Source: a virus. Taken from it: a DNA stretch of 64,000 nucleotides. The notes under the pieces were generated by a model. It did no database searches. It was given only the letters and a program-made list of their open reading frames with translations, and had not been told where the DNA came from. Position numbers and translations under genes: made by a program. Of this stretch, positions 17,990-27,434 are shown piece after piece; the first letter of the stretch is position 1; every line of letters begins with the position of its first letter. The DNA is taken from the IMG/VR virus record IMGVR_UViG_3300028581_003594, positions 8,694 to 72,693 of that record; one strand, given 5' to 3'.

Positions 17990-19314
17990 TAACTGGCCTC
18001 TGCGGGATATAATTTGAAGAATGTGTCCTTGGTGAACTTCCAAGAATAAGTCTCTTCTATCTTGGCAACATCGAAATTACAATCTTCCACAAATTTTTTA
18101 GCATCATGTGCTCCTCGTTTAAGCCATGTGTTGCCTGTAGACAACCATTTTTCAATCCTATATCCCGTTTCCACTGTGGGACGTTGTTTATTCCATAATA
18201 TTAATTTGCTGACTTCTCTAAAGGCATTTTTCCATGCTGTGTAGTTGTCTGGGCACAATAATGCTGTGTTTGCCACTATAGGTACGACTTCATGTTTGCT
18301 ATAAAGAGTGAAATCCAGACCTGGGGTATCTGGAGTGTCGAGGCATAAAGATCTGGAAAAAAGATTGATATTAAATGTACCATATTCCAATCCAAGTTCG
18401 GATAATCTTGCATGAAATATATAATGTCTTTTATTTTTTGCTCTATCCACAGTGTAATCAAACATAAAATTCTCGTCCACCTGGCTTTTTGCAAACACAG
18501 CATAAAAATATTCTTGGCTGGATTGTTCGGCCGCTTGTTTATATGCTGCTGTTCTTCCATCCACTCCTCGCACCCAATACAGTTTATTTTTTAAGTTGTT
18601 TTTTTGTAAATGTGTTTTTAACAATTCATAGTTTCCCTCTTCGAATGGTTCTCCGTTGGATATGAAGGCTATATCAAAACAATCTTTTTCCATGTTGTTC
18701 TGCAATCGATACAATAAGTGATAGTCATATATCTGCGTGTGTATCTTATCCACGGCTGCATTTGGTACATAGAATGTGGTGCCATCGATGTAAATTTTTA
18801 GATCTTCCCAATAAGAGGGATATATTTTTTTATCGTTTTCCTTTTCAAAATGTTTAACGTATCTGCAGGGAGGTCCCGGCGTCCTTGTCAGACAATCGAT
18901 GTTATTGCTTAGATCGTAGGGGGATTCTGCAATGTTATAATCATAGGATATATTTTTTACAGTATGGTAGTTGATATCTTTGTAGTCTCGTAGATGGTCT
19001 ATTTGTTGTTCTGTATACTTCTTTGGTATTAAGAATGTATCACCTTCTTTCTGTCCTTCTATGGACCAAACATGAATTTGTTCTGTTTGGAATTGTTCGG
19101 GAATAAACATAAAATCAAAATTTCGATAATCAATTAAACTGGAAAGCAACCAAAGATATCGTGTGCTGCATGATGAGATCTGGGATCGTATTATTTCGTG
19201 GTAGCTCTGCAGGAATGGCATGACTCTCACGTAAGGAAATACTTTTTTAATATTCTTTATATTTTGTTCACTTTTACTATTTTTAAAATCTATACAGATA
19301 CAATCAAAAGCCAC
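17986..19314 (-). CDS. two-domain glycosyltransferase-like protein (GT-A-like, DxD absent)
   Basis: C-terminal half is paralogous to 30791-31681 (FISNGEP..VRGVDG..AYKQAA..AWKNAFRE); AT-rich. Confidence 0.6.
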   Translation of the reverse strand: MAFDCICIDFKNSKSEQNIKNIKKVFPYVRVMPFLQSYHEIIRSQISSCSTRYLWLLSSLIDYRNFDFMFIPEQFQTEQIHVWSIEGQKEGDTFLIPKKYTEQQIDHLRDYKDINYHTVKNISYDYNIAESPYDLSNNIDCLTRTPGPPCRYVKHFEKENDKKIYPSYWEDLKIYIDGTTFYVPNAAVDKIHTQIYDYHLLYRLQNNMEKDCFDIAFISNGEPFEEGNYELLKTHLQKNNLKNKLYWVRGVDGRTAAYKQAAEQSSQEYFYAVFAKSQVDENFMFDYTVDRAKNKRHYIFHARLSELGLEYGTFNINLFSRSLCLDTPDTPGLDFTLYSKHEVVPIVANTALLCPDNYTAWKNAFREVSKLILWNKQRPTVETGYRIEKWLSTGNTWLKRGAHDAKKFVEDCNFDVAKIEETYSWKFTKDTFFKLYPAEASY

Positions 19315-20398
19315 AAAATTCTCCTATCATATCACAAACATATTTGATTTCATTCTTCCTTAGATGTGGATAGATTGGAAGACTCAAACATTCTTTTGAA
19401 ATTTTTTCAGCATTAGGGAAAGACTCTTTATTATTAAAATATTTTGTGTGTGGCAATATCGTGTTGTAATGTATTTGTGTTTCTATGCCTTTCTTATTAA
19501 GAAATTCTTTTAAATTATCTCTATCTTTACATAATATCACAAATTTGTGATTGGACCCAGTTGTGTTTGATTGTGTGTCAATAATTTTAACATTCAACAA
19601 TCTTTTTAAATGTTGACTGTATTGTTCTCTGACTTGTTGCCTCCTGTCTTGCAGAGTATTAAAATCCATCATCAACACATTCAATTGCGCAGCTTGACTT
19701 TCTGATATTACAGAATTATATCCATAATCTATGTCAGCACCATTCACTCCATGGTATCTTAGAGCTAGACATTTTTCCTCTATTTCTTTGTCATCGGTTA
19801 ATATCATACCACCACTGCCAAGAGCAGGCAAATTTTTTGTAGGAGAGAAACTTAACACACTGATATCTCCCAGACTGCCAGAATGTGACTTTTTATAAAC
19901 GGCTCCCAACGATTGAGCAGCGTCTTCCACTAACAATATTTTATTTTTACGACAATACTGTTTCAACCTATCATAGTCAGCTAGATTGCCATAAAGATTT
20001 ACATATACTAAAGCATCGGCTTTGATACCTTTGATATCACTAATCTGAGCATCTACTCCCACGTCTACGAATTTCATATGCGCACCGGTACGTTTTATTG
20101 CTGTGGCGGTGCTGAGGAAGGATAGTGCTGGACATATCACTGTTTTACCTGGTCCTATTCCATGCGATCGTAGTGCAAAATACAGTGCATCCGTGCAGCT
20201 CTGCACTCCTATCGCATGCTCCCGTCCCACATAATTTGCTACCAAATCTTCAAACATTCCTAATTCTGAATCTACTTTTTTTCTACCCATTAGCACGTTG
20301 CCTGTTCGCCAAACGTCTCGGGCAGCTTGATCTAGTTCTCCCTTGTAACAAGAATAGATTCTATCTAATCCGTTAAATTTTATTTTGTAACCACTCAT
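19304..20398 (-). CDS. DegT/DnrJ/EryC1/StrS PLP-dependent sugar aminotransferase
   Basis: SCTDAL, EDAAQSLG, SFSPTKNL..GSGGM and LSLPIYP. Confidence 0.9.
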   Translation of the reverse strand: MSGYKIKFNGLDRIYSCYKGELDQAARDVWRTGNVLMGRKKVDSELGMFEDLVANYVGREHAIGVQSCTDALYFALRSHGIGPGKTVICPALSFLSTATAIKRTGAHMKFVDVGVDAQISDIKGIKADALVYVNLYGNLADYDRLKQYCRKNKILLVEDAAQSLGAVYKKSHSGSLGDISVLSFSPTKNLPALGSGGMILTDDKEIEEKCLALRYHGVNGADIDYGYNSVISESQAAQLNVLMMDFNTLQDRRQQVREQYSQHLKRLLNVKIIDTQSNTTGSNHKFVILCKDRDNLKEFLNKKGIETQIHYNTILPHTKYFNNKESFPNAEKISKECLSLPIYPHLRKNEIKYVCDMIGEFCGF

Positions 20399-21314
20399 AA
20401 TATTTCTCGATGCCTTTATTAAAATCATACTTAGGCATATATCCTAAAAAACTTTTAGCCTTTGTCACATCCAGCGTACCTCTGGAAGGATACAATGAAT
20501 TTTTGCCCGTGTCTATAATTTTGCTTTTGCTTCCGGTCAGCTTGATAATTTTCTCTGCCGCTTCTCCTAAACTGCTTGCATTGCCTGCTGTGATATTGAA
20601 TGTTTGATTGGCAGCTTTTTCCGCCAAAGCACAACTGATGATGCCATCGGCTGCATCCTCTACATAGGTGAAATCGATCTTATTTTCATTGTCATGGACA
20701 TAGATATTCTCGTTTAACATTGCGGCTTTAAAAAATTTGCTTAAAACTCGATCTGGTATATCGCCTGCTCCATACACCCCACTGGGCCTGGCTATCACGT
20801 ACTCGAGACCAAATGCCCTGTTGAATTGCTGTGTTAGTCTCTCTCCTGACAATTTGGCCTCTCCATAGATGTTGACCGGAGCAGGCACGCTGTTCTCATC
20901 CGCTCCATCCTTGAAGTCCCCGTATACCATGCTGGAGGACACATAAACAAAGCGCTTGACTCCGTGTTCCACGCAGTCCTGCAACATGCCCGTGGTGCCC
21001 ACCACTATGTTCTCCACTCCCAGCTCTGGCTGCTCATTGACTATCTTGGCCCTGGGATAACTTGCCAGGTGTATCACTATGTCTTGTTTTCTCAACCACA
21101 CGCGATCCAGAGGCACGGTCACATCTCCTGATTTCTTTGTTACCTGATTCCAGTTCCTCTGACGCCATTGACAAAGACTATCTAAAGAATCCCTATCAAT
21201 CACATCATAGGTTTCTCCAGAATCTATTGTGGTAATTTTATGGCCCATGCGACATAATTTCTCCACAATCCAACTGCCAATGAATCCTTCTCCTCCGGTG
21301 ATTAAAATTTTCAT
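20373..21314 (-). CDS. NAD-dependent nucleotide-sugar epimerase/dehydratase (SDR)
   Basis: GGEGFIG, VSSSMVYG, YGEAK and RPSGVYG. Confidence 0.9.
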   Translation of the reverse strand: MKILITGGEGFIGSWIVEKLCRMGHKITTIDSGETYDVIDRDSLDSLCQWRQRNWNQVTKKSGDVTVPLDRVWLRKQDIVIHLASYPRAKIVNEQPELGVENIVVGTTGMLQDCVEHGVKRFVYVSSSMVYGDFKDGADENSVPAPVNIYGEAKLSGERLTQQFNRAFGLEYVIARPSGVYGAGDIPDRVLSKFFKAAMLNENIYVHDNENKIDFTYVEDAADGIISCALAEKAANQTFNITAGNASSLGEAAEKIIKLTGSKSKIIDTGKNSLYPSRGTLDVTKAKSFLGYMPKYDFNKGIEKYYEWLQNKI

Positions 21315-22801
21315 AGTACCCTTACATTATACTTGGTTTCAAAGCGTTCCGCATCCTTGATGTCATTTACCATGGGCTCGCCCTTGATATTGAGAGATGT
21401 GTTCAACAGCATGGGACAGCCGGTCTTTTGCTTCCATGTTTTTAACAGTTGGTAAAAACCTGGATTCTGTGTTTTATTCACTGTTTGCACACGGCTGGTG
21501 CCGTCATGATGCACAATGGCAGGAAAGTCTTTACCATGCTTACAACGGGCTATAAATTGCATATAAGGGGTGTTTACAACGCACTTAGGTACCTCAAAAT
21601 ACTCGTGTAGATCCTCCTCTAGTATGGCGGGTGCAAATGGTCGAAATTGCTGTCTCTTCTTGATGCGATTTACCAAATCTTTGATATCATCGCCTCTTGG
21701 ATCTGCCAGCAATGATCTATTACCAAGAGCCCTGGGTCCAAACTCTGCCCTGCCATTGGCCACGCCCACCATGCGATTGTTTTCCAATTCTTTCATGATG
21801 GCATCCACAGGGTATTCTCCTGCTATGTTATGTCCCAGGAAAGGATGACGCCAATTGATGTGTCTTCGTTCAGCTGCCGCGATACACCCTATGGAACTGC
21901 CAGCATCTCCTGGATTGGGCATGATCCATATGTTGTCAAACAATCCAAGATCGGCCAATCGACTGTTGGCCACACAATTTAGGGCCACCCCACCTCCATA
22001 CACCAGGTTTCTCTTGTTGCCGTATGGACTGACCGCTATCTGACCATTTGGTATGTACTGTCGAGCCTTGCGCCACAGTTTTTCTAATTCTTGTTCCGTA
22101 ACTTTTTGTATGCTGGCTGCCAGATCCATGGGATCAGCTTCGGGTAGCCAGTTGTGCAATCCTCTGTGTAGATTTTTCTTCAATGTGAAATCTCCATCCC
22201 TGTCCACGAGATCCTTGTAAACCTCTGCCACATGTCTGGGTTCTCCGTATGCTGCCATGCCCATTAGGATGTACTCTTCTTCGGCGGGTTTTAGTCCAAC
22301 TCGCTGTGTGAACGCTGAATACAGCACACCCAATGAATGAGGATATTTGATCCTGTAGCATAGTTCTAATCGCTTGCCCTGGGCTTGCCATATTGAGGTG
22401 GTATCCCATTCTCCTATGGCATCCACTGTCAACACCATGGCATCATAGAATGGCGATGTGAAAAACCCCGCAGCGGCGTGAGATTCATGGTGACCCACAT
22501 ACTGATCTATCTTTATTCCAAATGCATTTAGATAATTTTGTGGCATGTTAGTTCTGGAGAAAACTTCCGCCCATTGCCCAGCATAGGCCTGTCGAGTCTT
22601 TTTTAACAATGGTCGCTCATAATAGACCACTCGGTCCCATGGTCCGTATTCGCGAGCCTCGTTGACTATTTGCCAATTGAGATACGGATCGTTCTTGTCC
22701 TTGCTGTATCTCTCTGCGTGTGCCGCCCATAGGATCTCTCCATCTTCAACCACTGCCATGGCGGCGTCATGATTGAGGCAGTTGATTCCTAAAGTTCTCA
22801 T
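21311..22801 (-). CDS. NodU/CmcH/TobZ-family carbamoyltransferase
   Basis: HHESHA, DAIGE, GGVALNCVAN, EFGPRALGNRS, FRPFAP and LNTSLN. Confidence 0.93.
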   Translation of the reverse strand: MRTLGINCLNHDAAMAVVEDGEILWAAHAERYSKDKNDPYLNWQIVNEAREYGPWDRVVYYERPLLKKTRQAYAGQWAEVFSRTNMPQNYLNAFGIKIDQYVGHHESHAAAGFFTSPFYDAMVLTVDAIGEWDTTSIWQAQGKRLELCYRIKYPHSLGVLYSAFTQRVGLKPAEEEYILMGMAAYGEPRHVAEVYKDLVDRDGDFTLKKNLHRGLHNWLPEADPMDLAASIQKVTEQELEKLWRKARQYIPNGQIAVSPYGNKRNLVYGGGVALNCVANSRLADLGLFDNIWIMPNPGDAGSSIGCIAAAERRHINWRHPFLGHNIAGEYPVDAIMKELENNRMVGVANGRAEFGPRALGNRSLLADPRGDDIKDLVNRIKKRQQFRPFAPAILEEDLHEYFEVPKCVVNTPYMQFIARCKHGKDFPAIVHHDGTSRVQTVNKTQNPGFYQLLKTWKQKTGCPMLLNTSLNIKGEPMVNDIKDAERFETKYNVRVL

Positions 22802-22802
22802 T

Positions 22803-22907
22803 TTATTTGTAGATGAAAGGATCTTTCTTTTTCAGCTCTTTCAATCTCTTGCGATATTGCAACTCCAGTCGCACTTTGTTTATTAGGCCCTTGATCCATC
22901 CTATCAT
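22803..22907 (-). CDS. 34-aa small basic protein (not in the ORF track)
   Basis: MIGWIKGLINKVRLELQYRKRLKELKKKDPFIYK*; AAGGAG SD; ATGA overlap with the upstream stop; fills the gap exactly. Confidence 0.65.
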   Translation of the reverse strand: MIGWIKGLINKVRLELQYRKRLKELKKKDPFIYK

Positions 22908-23713
22908 GTTTTGCTCCTTTTTGTGTTGTACAGATCTAGAAATTTACCGGACATCAATCCAGCGGCATCCACGTGTGCCTGGTCCAAAGGATGCGTGGTG
23001 CCTCGCGGATAGTCGTTCAGCAATGTCCATTGATTGAACCCCATGTTCCTTTCTCCAAAAAAATGCCATTTGCCTAGGTCAAGCTCATTATACAACGCAT
23101 TCATCAAAGGGTCAACTTGGCTGAGTGGTTTGAGTTCATCCCAGAACAATGTGTTGTCCGCCAGCGTGAAAAAATAACCTATGTTCTTCTTTTCCAATAT
23201 GTTCTGCAGCCAAACAATGCTCTTCCAGCTGAGATAGGTCTCATGATACTGGTTGGCCGCGTGCCTATACAATGCGTCAGCGAATGGCCCCACTCCCGTG
23301 CTGCGCATGTCCTCCCTGCGTTTTTTCCAAACTTCCAGCTGTGGCTCGCTGGTGGCCAATTTCTTGTGTACCTCCGCCTGTGTGTCCGAGGTGTCCCAGG
23401 GAGTTATGGTGGCCCATCTGGTCTTTTCCAGCACTGCGTTCCTGGGCATGGCCCAGTCGTAGCGAGAACAGAAGCTCCACATGATGGCCACGAACATGTC
23501 ACGTGATTGGTTCTGCGACACGTACTCGAACACACGCCGCGCTATGCCCGCGTTTCCTGTGCCTGGATATGACACAGTGGCGTAGTCCGCATTGGCGCTG
23601 GTGGCCAGCAGTGCCGACCATGACTTCTTGGAGGGGACCTTGCCGTCCTTGTCATCAGACAATTCGTGCCCGTAAGTGAAGCTGCAGCCCCCAGATAATA
23701 ACAGTCTATTCAT
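22904..23713 (-). CDS. SGNH/GDSL-like hydrolase or acyltransferase
   Basis: GGCSFTYG (block I), PGTGN, and C-terminal THP. Confidence 0.6.
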   Translation of the reverse strand: MNRLLLSGGCSFTYGHELSDDKDGKVPSKKSWSALLATSANADYATVSYPGTGNAGIARRVFEYVSQNQSRDMFVAIMWSFCSRYDWAMPRNAVLEKTRWATITPWDTSDTQAEVHKKLATSEPQLEVWKKRREDMRSTGVGPFADALYRHAANQYHETYLSWKSIVWLQNILEKKNIGYFFTLADNTLFWDELKPLSQVDPLMNALYNELDLGKWHFFGERNMGFNQWTLLNDYPRGTTHPLDQAHVDAAGLMSGKFLDLYNTKRSKT

Positions 23714-24878
23714 ATATCTTCAAAAAATTATTTAATTCGGGAAATATCTTGGCGAAATTTTCCTGCCTGTATTCATCCGCACGCAGTATCCTTTTCCTCC
23801 TCTGCTCCTGTATCTCCTCCGTGTACCTGTCTCTGCTGTTCATGTAGCTGATGATGGACTCCAATTCCTTGATATTTTTGTATTTGTCCGAGGCCATTTT
23901 CTTCAACTCATTGGGCAAGGTCTGCACATTGAAACAGTCGGGATCAAACAATGTGTTGATGTATAGGAATTTTGGATTGTATCCTTTCACCCACTTCAAC
24001 AGTGTGTCCAGGTTCAATATGTTGAACACATTAATGGTTGAGCATATCTGGAAATCGGTGTTGCCGGTCAATGTCGACCGCAGGTTGAACTGTTTCAAAT
24101 TTTCCTTTACTTGCTCCCAGTTGGCGGGGTGGCGCTGGTATTCAAATGCCTCTCCGGTGTCGTCGATGCTGAATGCTATCTCCACGTGCTTGAACTGGCT
24201 CCACAGCCAGAACATCCTGAAGTCAGGCAACTGAGTGCCGTTGGTGTTGTAGTGTATGTCCTGATTTTTGGCATACCCCTGCTCCACGCAGTGCTCCAGT
24301 ATGCGGAAATGATTTTCTATCATGAACGGCTCTCCTCCCGTGAACTCAAAATATTCCACGTCCTTCAGCACCGGCTTGATGTCTTCGAAGAAAGCAGGAT
24401 TTTTCTTGGGCCATTGACCCTCGTCCAGTTGCTTCTTGGCCAGAGGATTTGGGCCATATGCAATCTCTTCCTGAGCCCATTTGCTGCTGCTCCAGCTGCC
24501 GCATATGCGACATTTTAGATTGCACACGTTGCCCAGTTTGAAATCAATGAATCTCAATGATGGCCTGTGGTCAGGCGTCCAATCTCGCAGGCTCTGCTTC
24601 ATCTTGTATATGGAATTCATCCTCTTGCTGGTCTTGCCGGCATCCTCTTCCTGCCAGCAATTGCTGCAGCCCTCTGGACGTTCGCCCTTCCGGAATTGAT
24701 CCCGCAGATTGTTCATATATTCAGAATTCTGTATAGTGTCCAGAGAGTCCTTGTAGACCTTGTACTGGCCAATCTCTCCCTTGTACAGGCAGCAGGGTGA
24801 TGCGGATCCGTTCACGTCCACTTCAAGGTGCGTCCATGGCAGCACGCACATGTTGGATTTTATATAGCGTTCCACCAT
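23706..24878 (-). CDS. radical SAM protein with N-terminal SPASM/Twitch-like Cys domain
   Basis: CVLPW...PCC...CSNC; CNLKCRIC; FTGGEP; YNTNG. Confidence 0.88.
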   Translation of the reverse strand: MVERYIKSNMCVLPWTHLEVDVNGSASPCCLYKGEIGQYKVYKDSLDTIQNSEYMNNLRDQFRKGERPEGCSNCWQEEDAGKTSKRMNSIYKMKQSLRDWTPDHRPSLRFIDFKLGNVCNLKCRICGSWSSSKWAQEEIAYGPNPLAKKQLDEGQWPKKNPAFFEDIKPVLKDVEYFEFTGGEPFMIENHFRILEHCVEQGYAKNQDIHYNTNGTQLPDFRMFWLWSQFKHVEIAFSIDDTGEAFEYQRHPANWEQVKENLKQFNLRSTLTGNTDFQICSTINVFNILNLDTLLKWVKGYNPKFLYINTLFDPDCFNVQTLPNELKKMASDKYKNIKELESIISYMNSRDRYTEEIQEQRRKRILRADEYRQENFAKIFPELNNFLKIYE

Positions 24879-26164
24879 GCCAATATCCTCTCATCCTTTA
24901 GTATTTTTTTGATGTCCGTGTTCCTTATGGAATCTATCTGCTCACATCTTTTCTTGCCGCTGCGTATGCCTATCTCGGCCTTGGGATATTCCTCCCAAAA
25001 TGTGTCCCGGGTTTTCATGTTCTCCAACACATCTATGAGGCTCTGTTGCAGATGAGTGGCCCTGGGCCTGATGTATTCTAAATTTTCATCTATGAGCTCA
25101 TTCAGCAATGATTTTGGCAGGCACATTGGGCTCATTATCTGTTGTGGGTCAAAAGCGAATGTGACCTTGGTCAGTAACTTGGCGTTGAGCTGCTGTGATA
25201 GGTCAAACATGTTTCGTATTTCTTGCAAGCCTGGCATGGTGATGGTGAAGTCCAGTTGCATCTGTCTTTTGTTGCGGGCTATGGCCAACCCTTCCTTGAA
25301 GTTCTCCAAGAACTTTTTGTAGTTCAGTCCTGTCCTGATGTACTCTCCGATCTCTCCGGTGCCGTCCAGTGATGCGCACACCTGCCAGTCTCTGAATTTT
25401 TTCAACAGGTCAAACAATTTCTTGCCCTTGAACTCCACGCGGCTTAGATTCGTGTTGTATCTCGCATATACCCTGTAGCTGAAACCAAGCTCGATGATCC
25501 TTGCCATCGAGTCCCAGTGTATGTCCCACATCAGTGGCTCCCCACCAACCCAATATATCTCCTCCATGCGTTTGTCTTCTATGGCGCTCATGAATTCCAT
25601 CACCACCGTGCTGTCCTGGAAATATGATATCTGCTGCCTCAAGGGCGATGCCATCCATGGCTGCCGCTCTGGGGACCACATGTCATTGTTCCTCTGTTCT
25701 GATTCCCAGCTGGAGCTCAACATGTCGCCGCACTGACGGCATTTAAAATTGCAAAGATTATTGAAACGGTAGTCAAAGCTCACTGTCCTCATCTCTGTGT
25801 GGCCTGTGTCGTCGGTCTTATCAAAAGCATCATCTATCTTGTGGCCGAATAACTTGTTGAAATAGTCCCTGTACACATCTGTGTTGAGCAGTTTGTCATT
25901 GCACACCTGGCACTCGGGCAGCGTCTCTCCCGCCATCATCCTCCTCCTCACGCCGCGCATATGTTCATTGTTCCAATGCTGATCCAATGTCTCTGGATTG
26001 TATTCTTTTAGATCCCCTTCCCTGTCAATGTATTGGCGGAAGCTCTGTGCTGGTTCTCTGGAAGCGCAGCACATCCTGCGTTCTGTCTGTGGCGACAGGT
26101 AGGTGTGGGTCCAAGGCGCCATGCAAAACGTTTGGTTCCCTTCAGCGGGCTTAATCCTTTTCAT
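24860..26164 (-). CDS. radical SAM protein with N-terminal SPASM/Twitch-like domain
   Basis: CMAPW...MCC...CQVC; CNFKCRQC; VGGEP; start at MKRIKP. Confidence 0.88.
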   Translation of the reverse strand: MKRIKPAEGNQTFCMAPWTHTYLSPQTERRMCCASREPAQSFRQYIDREGDLKEYNPETLDQHWNNEHMRGVRRRMMAGETLPECQVCNDKLLNTDVYRDYFNKLFGHKIDDAFDKTDDTGHTEMRTVSFDYRFNNLCNFKCRQCGDMLSSSWESEQRNNDMWSPERQPWMASPLRQQISYFQDSTVVMEFMSAIEDKRMEEIYWVGGEPLMWDIHWDSMARIIELGFSYRVYARYNTNLSRVEFKGKKLFDLLKKFRDWQVCASLDGTGEIGEYIRTGLNYKKFLENFKEGLAIARNKRQMQLDFTITMPGLQEIRNMFDLSQQLNAKLLTKVTFAFDPQQIMSPMCLPKSLLNELIDENLEYIRPRATHLQQSLIDVLENMKTRDTFWEEYPKAEIGIRSGKKRCEQIDSIRNTDIKKILKDERILAWWNAI

Positions 26165-27434
26165 ATAATTCGGCCAGTTCCGGAAAAGTTTCCAATATAT
26201 TCTCATTCCTGATGTCGTCTAATTTCTTCATTCCCGATTTGAACTCTTCTATTTGTTCAAACTTGTCTCTCCTCATCATGTAATCCAAGCCAGACTGGAA
26301 TCCTTTCGTGGCCCTGGTGAGATGATCTTGTGGTCTAAGCCATGCTATATGTGACTCATATTTTTCTTTTACCTTTTGTTTCATTGACTCAGGCAATAGA
26401 TCAATTCTTTGCCAGAAAGGAAATTGTAATAGATTAAAATTAAAATCTTGGGGTTTTATGTAGCCTTGTTCCGACCACGTTCTGTGGAAATCCACCACAT
26501 GCAGGGCATTGATCAATCCCACAGTAGCACTGATATAAAAATCCACCTTTGGACACATAGCTTGCATTCTTTTTCTATTTGATTCTATCTCTGTCCATAC
26601 AGTGCCTTTCCTCATGAATTCTGCTCTTGGTCCCATTGCATCAAGGCTAGCGCCCACAGAGACTGAATCAAACTTGTTCCATAGTTCTAACACATCCATG
26701 TCTTTGAAAGTTAATTTGCTAAAGTTAGTATTATAGATTAATCTCACGTGGTACAGCTTCCTGCGATCGAGTTCTTTTAAAATTTTATAGTGTTCTTCCA
26801 TTATGAGGGGTTCTCCTCCGGCGAAATAGAACTGCTCCACATGATCAAACTGCGTCAACATCTGCTCCCAGATGTCATCTGCTGTTCTGCCCACTTTCAT
26901 TATCTTGGCATGCCCTGGTGGTTTGCCAGTTAATTTTTTATGGTCCTCGTACCAATTGGATGAGAACCATGTGCCACAACTGCGACAGGCAAAGTTACAG
27001 AGATTGCTGAATCGTATATCCCAATACTTGATTACGAAATCAGCAGTGCCATCTGCTTGTGTGTTGTCGATCATGCCTATGTTGTGTCCAAAATGTTTGT
27101 TAGAACTTAATCTTAGGCTAAAAAATCCCGACTTCTCTTGGTCATAGCACTTGCCGCACTGCCGTGACTGTGTGTTTGACAACATGTTGAGACGCATCTC
27201 TCGCATATCATTGCCATTAAAAACTTCTGCCATAGAACTCTTGTTTAAATCTCCTACAGGGTATTGATCCAATCCAAAACAACATGGATAAGCTCTGCCA
27301 TCTGGAAAAGCATGTAGATGTAACCATGGCATCATGCAAAAAGTATCACTATCTAGCAGCAATTCTTTTTGCTTTGAGGTCATGTCTTTAATTTTTAATT
27401 TTTCGGGCTCTTTGGCCCCATACTCATAAGCCAC
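26151..27434 (-). CDS. radical SAM protein with N-terminal SPASM/Twitch-like domain
   Basis: CMMPW...PCC...CGKC; CNFACRSC; AGGEP. Confidence 0.88.
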   Translation of the reverse strand: MAYEYGAKEPEKLKIKDMTSKQKELLLDSDTFCMMPWLHLHAFPDGRAYPCCFGLDQYPVGDLNKSSMAEVFNGNDMREMRLNMLSNTQSRQCGKCYDQEKSGFFSLRLSSNKHFGHNIGMIDNTQADGTADFVIKYWDIRFSNLCNFACRSCGTWFSSNWYEDHKKLTGKPPGHAKIMKVGRTADDIWEQMLTQFDHVEQFYFAGGEPLIMEEHYKILKELDRRKLYHVRLIYNTNFSKLTFKDMDVLELWNKFDSVSVGASLDAMGPRAEFMRKGTVWTEIESNRKRMQAMCPKVDFYISATVGLINALHVVDFHRTWSEQGYIKPQDFNFNLLQFPFWQRIDLLPESMKQKVKEKYESHIAWLRPQDHLTRATKGFQSGLDYMMRRDKFEQIEEFKSGMKKLDDIRNENILETFPELAELYEKD

